DNA of 64,000 nucleotides, taken from Fimbriosthenelais zetlandica (Eukaryota). The stretch covers positions 17,236,001 to 17,300,000 of the forward strand of contig OZ365112.1 of NCBI GenBank assembly GCA_977030845.1. Direction: 5' to 3'. Shown here piece by piece: positions 39,301 through 51,300 of the stretch; position 1 is the first letter of the stretch; the number at the start of each line of letters is the position of its first letter. The translations under genes were made by a program, and so were the position numbers. The notes under the pieces are model-generated. The model saw only the letters and a program-made list of their open reading frames with translations, was not told the origin of the DNA and did no database searches.

Positions 39301-42300
39301 AGTGCCACTAATATATACAGTAGGGTCAAGGACTCAGCCCTCGTTTAATGGTTATAGTTACCCTTTTTACAACACAATTGTCCCCTGCAATCTACTACAG
39401 GATGGGAAGGGCCTTCCAATCATATTACGACCAGTCACTATTGATTTGGCCTACAATTCCCCACGTAAGGATTTAGAAGGCTCATTTCTACTAGGTTGTG
39501 GTACAGACAGGCATACAGTCCTCAAGCTTATCATTCTATACTACCGGCAATAAGGGATCAGATTTAAGTTTTGTGGCAATTTTACATCCTTTAACGGAAT
39601 TATAAAGTTATTGGTCTCTGATAAAAGAGCCTGAGGTCTGTGTAAGCATAGAGGATGGGGGATAATCTTCAGGCAATAAAGAATCAGAACAGCCAAGGTG
39701 CTTTTTGAGCCTTGTGAAAGCTCCACCTTCCTCAAGGCACCATTTCTAATACAGACACAAATATCTGTTGAGAATTGAAAGAGCAATTCAAGGTTATGAT
39801 TAGTTCTCTTTAAATATGATTGGTCCTAACTTCATCAAAGGATATTATGATATTGCCATCATAACAGCGTCTCCACCCGATCCATCACCTCTGGCGATTA
39901 GCATCCAATGGGATGCAACAGTGAAGATGCCAAACTTTTAACCTATCAAAATAGGATAGATGGATCAGATTTGGGGATCAATTTCAGACCAAGTCTCGGT
40001 TCTCATGCCGTTTCATGTTCTCCTGTCAGAATTTAAATCCAGCTACTGCATTAATTTGTGAAGGGAGTCGTGGCACAGTCAAAGACATCCCAGATTATCT
40101 GATGAGCTTTACGAAATACCCCGCCACATCCTGCTCTCAATGTGGTTAATAATGCATTATCTCAGGAAGCAGTGATAAACCTGGGATAAGCAGACCTCTC
40201 AGAACCCAACCTTGTTATAAGTTCTTCATAGGCTATGTGCTGCTACTTTGTGTTTGATACAACACATTAACGTTAAAGTATGGATAATAGATCATCAATC
40301 AATGATCAACATCCCAAATAAATGCAATTATCATGAGTGAATGCCCTGAGCGAATGATAGATCTCCAGCTCGTGTAATTAAGACGGGCATTGACCTTACT
40401 TGCACGCCACCTCGCCTTGCCCCATAAACCTTGTTGGCAAAAAAATGAGCCAGCAACTACTCAGGGTGTGAAGGCAGGAGCTTGTGTGGCTGGGTTTTGA
40501 ATTAAGGCCTGTTGCCAGGCTAGTTTCACCCTGATGAATCAGCTAGACTCCAACATCCATCCCCCTACACAAGATCCAATGACAACCAAAGGTTTTATCA
40601 CAAGAAATTGATTAGTGAGTTGGTCTTCTGGGCCTTTAATTGGAAGCAGGTGAGCAGAGGTAAAACGTACAATCTCGCTTCCCAATCTGTTTGAGAAATG
40701 GGATTTCCAACGATGGTATCGCTCCTAAAGTGAATCATTCTATCCAGAAAGGCCAGCTTTGTCCCTCGACTCAACAGTGTTACTTCACTACGTTCTGTCT
40801 GCTCAGGAATGGGCAGAACTAACGAGATGTGTCAATAAAAACATATTATGAGATTAATAGGCTCTGTTGTAGAGGGTGAAACGCAGCTGCTGACTAAAAT
40901 GAAGCAAGCGTTAAATGGGTATCAACAGAGTGGATGTACTAATGTTACCAAGTAAGTTTCTTAATGCTGTTACCAAGTTTTACAAGACTAACATTGCCAC
41001 TCATCTTTAAAGTTGGATCATTCGAATATCACTTGAAACACTCATGTCTGTTAGTGATCAGACACATCTGTTTGCCTATGTTACGACACAGTTTATAAAG
41101 AGTTTTGATCGTAACATCTGATATCATGGGGCAAGCACTGACACACAATAGGGGTTGGTAGTGTCCTTCAGAAAATCCAAAAGGAAAGAGAATATGATGA
41201 CCATGATAGAAGATGTATAAGGCATCCAAGACAGATCCTGTACTATCAGTCCTAAACAGACCAGATAGGAGACAAATTCACACTTCTAGTGAGCATATCC
41301 CAATGGAACAGCATAATATATTGGATTTTTTTCCCTTTCAAGTGTAGGTTATACTGTGCATTGAGCATCTAGGGCATCAGCTTTGACAGTCATTGCAGGG
41401 GGAGAGTTATCTGATTTATACATCAGTGTGAAACTCTTGAGGAAAAAAATGGCTGTGTGTCAGCTTATATCACTGGTGACCAGTGGTGCAGCTGCCTCCC
41501 CCTGTGCTACTCACTCTACTTCTTATATCAGTTAAGATCCTAGTGAAATAGTCATGAACCAATGAGATATCTGAGACATAAGCAATATATATTCAGCTGA
41601 GGTGGCCTCCAAATGCATACTGAGAGATATCCTGTTTTGTGGCAATATAACCATCTGCTTTAATCGACACTTGCATTGAGAACCTGCCCCATGCCCTTCC
41701 ACTGCATACAAATCAATGTCATCAAAGGGATGGCTAGCTTGCTGACCTGCAATTTAGCAGGTAGGAATAAATTGGCCTGGAGATATGATGGATTTGCCAC
41801 TTTTAGCGGGCTTGGACTGGGCTAGAACATAAAGCACTCCTCTGGCGATGACGAATGACTACATGGCAAGCTGGCTGCCAGAGACCAGCTCATGTCCCAG
41901 CCTTTTAACTTTATGTATCACCCCCTGTCAACACTCATCAAAACCTGCAGGCTAGCTTAACCCCCACAATGAATCAGTCTATGTTTTGCGGTGGTTTTGA
42001 TTTTAATGGCTCATTGGGCAGGATGGAACATTGCCTGGTCCTGACACATGGCACCATGAGGGAGTCAGGAATTAAAGTGATAAAGAAGTTCTCATAAAGA
42101 GGAGTATGTCAAGAATGTGATGCGATGCCACGACCTAATGTCATACAGTAATGGGCACATAAAAAAGAAGGAGCCTCAATATGCGCCGTCACCTTGCCAC
42201 TAGCAAGTTTATACCTAGCTGTTATTACGCCATTTTACTAGCTGCACGTCCCATCTCACACACTGTGGTCCGGAAACAACTCCCGGGCTCCGATGACAAG

Positions 42301-45300
42301 TCAGCCATCCTAAAAGAAAGCCAGGGCGTAAAAACATGACCCTAAAGAGGCGAGAGGTAAGAGCTAAGTCGGGGCAGATTCAATTAGGTGAAATGGTAAA
42401 AGGAAATGTGAGAGATGGATGGGGGACGTCAGTGATGCGTCTTTTGATGTACACGGTGATAGACTGTATGAAGGAGTTAATGGGCTATGACATGACATAT
42501 ACTACTCACTGATAAGCTTTCACAAAGCCGTTTCAATTTCCACCACTGATCAGATGGATGGAGCTTCAGGTAGGGATCTGCCGAGGCAATGTTATTTGAC
42601 ACAGCTTATTTAATATAACTGTACAGAAACCCAGCTCCTGTCAAAATACTTCACAGCGATAAGGATCCTTATGACAAGCTTGAGAGAAAATACCAAGGCC
42701 TGCATAGGGTTTTGAATCACTATCTTTAATGACTTGAGCGTGATACGAGTAAAATGATCACCCAGGTCTGATTGTAAGGTCTCCAGTAAAACATGGCATA
42801 TATCCTGACATATCATTTCTGGTTATCAATGAGGTTGAGAGGGAAGGCGTAATTGAGGTTATCTACAACTGATGGACATTCATGCCAAACTGGGTCCAGG
42901 GAAGCTTCTGCTGGGTTTCAATACTGTCCTTCCATTAGCCCCACTGACCCAAGGGTCTCATGAAGCGACCTGTCGAGGGGCCATAAGGGCAATAGTGTCC
43001 TGTAAGGTGGGTTACATATTATACTGTGCTCACAAAATGCACCTGGAGGGTCAGGCAGTCCTGGCCTCTAGTTAAAAACTAAGGTCATTTCACTGTTCAG
43101 CCTGGATGGGCGACTTTAATGGGCAGTTTGACAGTAAATGTACATATTACGTCATGGGTATAAACACGCCCTCCAATCCTGTCAGTCAAAACTTGAAAAT
43201 GATGGAAGGACAGTTGCCTGTTTGTGCTCTGGTAAATTTTCAGTTCTTTCACAGCTTGAATAATTGTTATTAGAAAAAAAGAATAGGATCATGATCTGGT
43301 AGATGCTGCCCAGTTCAGTACCAGCCGGTTGGGCAGCACAAGAAAACTCCCATCACACTACTTCCAAAATTGTTTGGTAAACTATGGACTAAAGGTCAAA
43401 AGGATGGAGTGGCAGGTCCTGTGTAAAGGTCGAGTACCGAATAGAGAGACGCCTTCTCCTCCAGGTCTAATCATGCCAGGAACTCAGGTTCCCAGCCATC
43501 CTACAGAGTGGGCATGGACTAGACATATCAATGTCCGGCCGAGGAAATGTGAAAAGGGGGACCCCATCTCCATGTCACTCACAATAGGAAGTCCCGACCT
43601 GTTGATCAGGAAAGGCCTCACTTAGCAGAGATCTCTCAACATCTACGTGGGGGATACTTGCTTAAAAGTAAACACAGGTATATGAGACTTGGAGACATGG
43701 GTAAATTATGACATGGGTATTGCAAATGTACTCCAATCGAGTCAATTGGAATGCATACAGCAGAGTATAGGGAAATGCATATAGAGGATCTGTCTATGAC
43801 AGGAGGGAGAAGCAGCGGAATATTAACTTGTGGTTCACGTAAGCTCGTAAGATCTATAGTCCTGTCCTGGCCATTAAAGAGATTTATGGCAGACCCTGTT
43901 ATTAAGCACCAGTCATAGAATGGTCGGGGGAGAAAGGACGCGTGCCACAGGTAAGGCCACTTAGGTGGAGCAGCTTTAAGAGATTTCCAGAGATGTTTAA
44001 CAATGCCATGACCCAACGCCATCCTGTTAAACACTGCTTCCCCCATCTTGAAACCCATGGAAAACATTTGCAAAGCAAAGCAGAGTCCACTCCATCATAA
44101 TAGTGGCCATATTATGATGGGGAAAGGTTATAATATTGCACTGTATGGGCTTTTCAAGTTGAATCTTTGGGAATAAATTATCACTGGTCAATCTAAGAAT
44201 ATAGGGAGAATATATATGGGGATAGGTGTATGGGCATCAAATAATGTCCTTGATTTTGACACATCAAAAATCGTACTCTTCCGGAGGGCGTTCTAACTTG
44301 TGTGAAACCCTCGTAATTCCATTTAGAGCTTCAATATTGGTTTAGTAAAGTCCAGCATACAGAGAGGATTCCTGACCCCTTCACCTTTCACCATACCATC
44401 TGACCACTGGTCACTCACCCCAGGCTCAGTACTGACCGCTGGGATCAGGGCCAAGTGACCTGGACACTCGGTGGTGGACAAAAGGCCAGTGGTCACTCGT
44501 GGTGACAAAAGGGAAGAATTCAATGAGATACTCGGGGCAAATGGAATCACTACGACTAGAGCAAACAAAATAGGTTTTTCAGGGGTTAAAGTGGGTATCG
44601 TTAATGTGAATTTCATCCCGAGTCACATATTCTCAGTATAGCCAATATCACCCCCAAGTTCAGTTTGAAAAATTGCAATTATAAACTATTCTCCCATACT
44701 GTTAAGCTGAAACATCAATACCTGAGGGTAATTGAAGCAGCGTGGGAAAACAGAATAGGTGTTCCCATCTGAATGATACATAGCTGGCAGCCTCTAATAG
44801 CTTAATAACACGGCCCACACGGACCATGGTGTAAATGATGGAATGACACACATTTCCATGCTTCTCAACAGAGCCAACGACCATTTCTTATGCCTACATA
44901 CAGAGAGTATGTGCAAAAAAATGAAAACCCTAAGGAAATCGATGGATCCACCTACATTTGTGCAATACATCATACACACTTTGGCCAGACAGTGGAAGAG
45001 ATAGCAAGGGGATCATACACAATACATGCAGTGAAAAATCACAACAAGCTCGCCTTCACCGATTAAAGGGCTTCTCATATAATGCCTTCGAAAATTTACA
45101 CCCATTGTGCAAACATGAATGGAGGTCTTTACATGTAAAACATGGAATAAATTCTCACACATTTTAGTCATAAAACGTCGGTTATAATTCTGGCATTACC
45201 ATGGTCGGTATGATGTATTTGGTTGGATGGTAGGGATTCACAATGAGCGGGCCTGTTTATTGCCGTAGCCACTGTCTGGGCCTATATAGATAGTCCTACA

Positions 45301-48300
45301 TATTGGCGCAGCTGGAAGTCCTAGAAACGCAATAAAACCTTTGCCACTATCAGATATCTACAATGCATGGATGATATATTGCGTATATGTGAGACAAGTG
45401 GAAAGATGGCAGGAAGACGACACAATGCGTAGGGCACTAACTGATTACTAGAAATGGATGGGAAGGGGATCTGAAATTGTCTTTTACCAAGAAATGGTAA
45501 GCACTTTCCTCTGCCCATTACATTGAGTATTCAAAAACGAACATAACCCAAATGATGGATATAAATTCCATCCACAATTACAATCTTGATCAAAGTGTTC
45601 GATGAATACAAGGGCAAAGGAAATGGTTAACAACTAAATGCGTAAAAATCTGGTTTGAAGGGACTATGTTACGCTTAGTGGGGATATATATGGATGTGAG
45701 AGGGATGAGAATGAAGTGGGATGTAGGGTCAAGGGTGGAGTCAAGTGTTTACACTAAGCTATCAACTTGACAAGAACATTGGCGAGACACAGGGTTATAT
45801 CAAGATGACAAAGAAGACACTCCAACAGGCAGACTTTAGTGGTGTAAATAGATGTATAATGATCGTGGAAGGCGTATAATAGACATAACAGGTGGATAAC
45901 CCAGGGTGCCTTCCAAGGTTTTACTGGCACTAGCAGCATATTATTTAAACTAGATATCAGAGTAAATGGTTTGAGTTAATTTAACCATTGTACAAGGCAC
46001 ATTGATTTGATATTAATAAAAATATTCATTTTCATTACAGGTGGAAACCTCAAGAGGGCAGAGATGAGGAAATGACAGATAAGAACTGAGCAGTGAAGTG
46101 ATGGTCAGTGGATTGTGAGTTACTTTGTATCAGCGATGTAAAGCCCCACCATGATCAAACACATGTTTGTATTCGGGGTTATCATCCCCACCGCCATCAC
46201 CATCCTCCTCTTCATCGGTTTCCTTGTCTGCTGGTTCAAGTTCAACATGCGTGAACGTCTCTTCGCCAAGAAAAAGTTTTTCAGCAAGCAGATCAAGCAC
46301 GCCATGGCAGCTCACCAGACAAACGGCTCCAAGCAAAGTCACTACACGCCGGAGCAGACCAGTGGTGCCAGTGGTGGTGGCACCTCCAATAAAAGAGACC
46401 ACCACTCAGACCACCATTCTGGAGGTGGAGCCTCCTGTATCAATGTGCCTAGTATTAAACCTAAGAAACAAAAGCATTATGAGAACTGTGAAGACCATGA
46501 CAGTTACGTTGGGGAGGACCCTGAAGCTGCCCTCTGTACAGCCTGTGAGGATGAGCATCATAACAGCGCACTTGAAGGCTTCACAAACCCCAACCTTTGT
46601 GTGTCTCCATCTCATAGTGCAGACGGTGGAGATGAACAGACAGAAACTGAGGACCATACAGATAATGAGTCAGAGTGTGTTCATGTAAAGAAAGTGGGTT
46701 CTATGATACAACACACCTTCCATTTCCCCGCGTCTGAAGGTCCCCATCTCAGTAATAGCCTTGTAGTGGACTCAGAAGATGGGGGTTCAGAGGATGGAAA
46801 CTATGGACACTTTGTACCTTTATCCCAACTATTACTTGATCCCAAAGCAAAACAGTTTTACGCCGCAGCCAGGAATGGTTCAGATAGTCCGTGTGGGGAA
46901 CTGTCTGAAGGATTACAGAGTGCAGCTGCCTCCTCAGTCATAGCTTAGAGACAATGTTTCATTAAAAATATGAGTGTAAAAATGTGGATCAGCATGTGGG
47001 ATACACAACAGATTCCCATTAATTTTAAAGTCTGAAATTAAATTATTTTGTTCATAATATTCTACAGCCTCTTGAAACATGGGACGTGGCGAATACTGAC
47101 TATAGTTTTCACTCCAGAAAAGATATTTGTTATTATATTCATGAATGAATACACCCAGGTTCACGTCGTGCATTTAATTCACAACTGTATCTGATAAATG
47201 GAGAAGTTGCACTTTAATTCTGGTGTAAATGTCTCGTGCTATTCATTAAAGGGGAAGAGTAGGAGTTGGATCTGGTTAGATATATGTTCCCAGTCTCTCA
47301 CCATCTGATTAGCGATAAGCAAGCTGACATAAAGCATCCCTCTAACTACTTTGGAAACCATTTACCTTTCAGCAATCAATTCATGACTAAAGACAACCAT
47401 CCATCACGGTACAAAAGCCTTGCTACTCATACCATTACATCACCATAGATGGGCCGTACACCCCCACATAATATACAGATGTATCACCTCCCTCTCAAAG
47501 TGAATGCAAGAGAAATGAGACTGATTAACTTTTCCCCCATTGAAGTGGGAGCAGATTATATTCCCTAAAGCCTCCCAAGTATGAAATATGCCTACCAGCA
47601 GTGATGGATGATAATTTCTTGTAATATGTCAGCACCAGAGTGAATAAAACAGAAACATCCCTCCATGTCAATGACAAGAGTTTCTTTTCAAGGTCAGATA
47701 CATAATGATAATAACATTTTCCTCGTTTCACAGTCTGTCAGGACCTGACTGTCAGTTGAGTACGACATTGTCTTCGTGGGATCGCTAATGTTTCTGTATT
47801 CAAATCTGTTGCCACTGTTTTAATGAAGTCAAATAAGATTGAGTCAAATAACTTCATTTGTCAGATAAATGCGACATGTTGTAAATGGTGTATTATTTAT
47901 TGTAAATAAAAATGATGTTATATAGATAATTATATTGTGTGTATATAATACGGTAAGCTATGACACAAGATAGGCACAAATAGGGGCACTTTTTATCGAG
48001 TTGATGTAAGATCTTATGTTGGTACTCAAGCAGAGAACATAAAAATTAAACACAAAAGGAGTTAAGATGGTGACTTTAACTTTGAAAAACAACCATTTTA
48101 CGAGGTGACTTAGTTCCATTATAGACATGACAAGGCTTTAAACAACTTCTGTTTGCGAATCTGCGAAGTATCTCTTTTCAGAAACATTTGTAATTGTGGC
48201 ATTAAGAGTTTGCAGACGGTTTACTCCACCCCTTCTCAAGTACTTCTGACACCCCTTGATTTGGAGTGAATACTATATTGCCCATTTGTATACGCTGCTT

Positions 48301-51300
48301 GCTGCCCAGCGAGGCACGGCGTGGCAGGCTCTGAATTATTTATCATTCCAGACCCGTGTTCATAAGCACTGAACATGTTCCTGTCCCGCCATCCGATTTT
48401 TTCTCAGTTGAAAAAAATTAGGCCCTCCCCATAGCAATCGTAGAATCCATACATCCTCCAACACTACATGTGTATATGGTCACAGCCTTCCCACACCGAA
48501 ACAGATCTAACGACGTATGGCCCCTCCCATCAGTAGGTCAAAATACAATAATAATATCAATCCTAAATTTTCAGACATATTCAACTTGATAAAAAACACT
48601 TTCTAATATGAAAGAGGTCAGAGAAATATGGAGCAAGTTATCTTTTTTGTCTCCTACTTTTCACATGCGCTATAGGTACCCACCCAGTGTCAATAGCATG
48701 ACCTTACATGATGTTGGATATACCCGCTGCATTACGATTAGTTTCCCTTGTCTCTCCAAAACGTAAAGAATACCAAGCAGTGGAAGATGCATTATAAAAT
48801 GGATGGGTTAAGGAGATATAGATGCAGACAAACCATCTCGAAAAAAACACCTCATCCATACATAACTTTTAAAAAACTTATGAGTAGAATTATAATCTAA
48901 GTATCCATCAAAGTTATCAAGGCTAAAATTTAATATGAGGTCTGAAATTAATATTCCCATAAGTATCAATGAAGCAATATTCGTGCACTGCCCTTCCTTT
49001 TTCACCTTATTAAAAATCCCAACTGATTGCATAATGAAAGCGATGTAATTATGAGAGCGATGTAATTATGAATTTCCTTGACACAATAAGATAATATTCA
49101 AAGTATGATGATATACTGAGGGGAGAAATCTAATGTAATTGTATTGCCATGACACCAGAATAATGTGACGATATGTGTGGAGACTATGCTATGAGATGTA
49201 TAGTATTCAATGTAATAAAGTGTATTTTCAATGTACAAAACAACTCAGTATCTGTCTCCTCTTTTATACCATTTAATCCAATTGGAAACATAAATAATTT
49301 GGTGTATACGGTATTTTCCCAGGGCCTTAATTACAAGAGCCCTTAGTTACTAGAGGCTCAGTTGGATGTCTCAAGATAAAATAAGAATCCTAGACAACTA
49401 AGATGTTATCTGGAGACCCGTCCCTGCTTTGCTGGTATTGAGCCATGGTATTGTAAGAGAATCTACTCTCAGTATGGATAAAGATAAGGCTCGGTTTAGG
49501 AACACACCAAAGCTCGCCTTCTGGGCTGATAAGAATCAATCAACTGAGGATTGACACTGCTGTAGGCATCATCCAAAGGAAGCATACAATACAAAGATTG
49601 GTGTCACCACCAGCTTCTACTTAAAACCCTGCATCCATCCAAATACTTCGTATCGTGAGTGAGAATGGACCGAGGTTATTTAGCTTGAATGTGAGGGGAT
49701 GTATAAAGATGCGTTCAGGAGAAAATCAGAGTTCCCTGGGAATAGGAGAAGTGAAAGAGTAGATTCTTAATGAAGTGACAGAGCCATAAAGGTAGGGCTT
49801 CAGTAGGCCACTGGGGCAAATTACCTTCAAGCAACGTGGCTCGATCCTTCGCATTTAACAAAGATTTTAAGAGCGAATTGTCCTATTCAAAATTAATTGA
49901 ACATGGGGATAATGACACAGATACTCACAAGAAATACACAACTACTGGTGTTGACTCTCTCAATGACAGATATTACTTTCGAGGATAATGAGAGCAATTT
50001 TCTTGTTTGGAGAAATTTGAGTCTGATTCGTCTTCTAGTCCCATGAGGCCTATTTTCTAAAGATTCACCCGAAGCGGAGCCAAATGATGGATCCCCGAGA
50101 GGGGCAAGGTAAATTAAAAGCTTGTACAAATAGGCCCGGGGAGAGTAGAGTGTTTGAGTGGCTTTCATCTGAGTCTGAGTGACAAGCACAAAGTGGTTCA
50201 CTGCTTGCTTTTCTCTGATCTCCAAAAGCACGGGGTCGCGACTCTGAAGGTCCCCAGATGGCACGATGGGGCCTGGCGGAAGAGGAAATAGGTTGGCCTT
50301 TAATATTTCCTAAAATAAAGACAAAGATGACATGCCATATCTCCGGTACAAGGAGCAAGAAAAGAGAAAGGGGGAACGGATTTATGGCTTCAAAGATAAA
50401 AAGGCAGTATTTTGATACGCATGGTTGATCGAATTGCCTGTAATGGTTCAGATAAAACTGTTTCATCTGAAGCAGGGCTGGATTCATGATATTATGGAAT
50501 ACCAATCTGCAAGATTCATACTTCGACAGATGATAATCCTTTGCAGATGATACTGAACCCAAATTACATAATTCATCACCTCAGGGATTATGTTCAGACA
50601 TAAAGGGTGTGATCAAATACATCTCAAATTTAAATAATTAATGTCTCTTCGAATCCATCATTGGACATATCTGCGACAGACAGGGCCCTGTGGACTTGTA
50701 TCCATCATTGCCTGACAATCATCTCTCTCTGAATTCCCCAATCCTGTCATGCTGGAGGAAATTAGATTGTCTTGAGAAAGCAACAGATATACATCAAATA
50801 TGATTACAGCAGCGAGAAGAGCACGCCTGACTCGAGCTAAAATCCACTTTTCTTCCTAAAAAAGAAACAACACTAGCCAGTTGATGTTTTTTTCATTCCA
50901 GAAGCGAGTCATATAATGTCTCAGACTGACAAGAGATTAGAAATGTTTCCCTCTCCCACGAAGATCACATCTAAATGTCAGATACATGCATCAATGTCCT
51001 ACCTAAAAAGGCCAACATATGTATATCTCATATGTAATAAGAGGTCAGGTATATGTCGGGCAAAGTGCCTTAAGTGTTTACTGCCACAATTTTAGTTTGT
51101 GGGCAGAGGTAGGCCTGCACTGCACTATGTAAGATAAAGGAAAATCAACAACCTCAATCATGGCACAGGAGGAGGCAAGACATTTGAGAAAAGTTTTAAG
51201 TAGACCTACTCCATTTGGAATTTTTTCGACAAGAAAAGCAATGTCACCTTTAAAAGGAAAAACATGCTGCGAATGGTCTTGAAGTTAAGATATTTCAAAT

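Noticed and set aside
43636-44073. 145-aa - ORF
   Set aside because: Non-ATG start, no motif; looks like decayed TE-derived or random sequence
46130-46688. Overlapping ORFs 46167-46688 (+, 173 aa), 46130-46405, 46120-46305 and 46406-46657 (-)
   Set aside because: Shadow frames of the codon-biased 265-aa ORF; low-complexity, no independent signals
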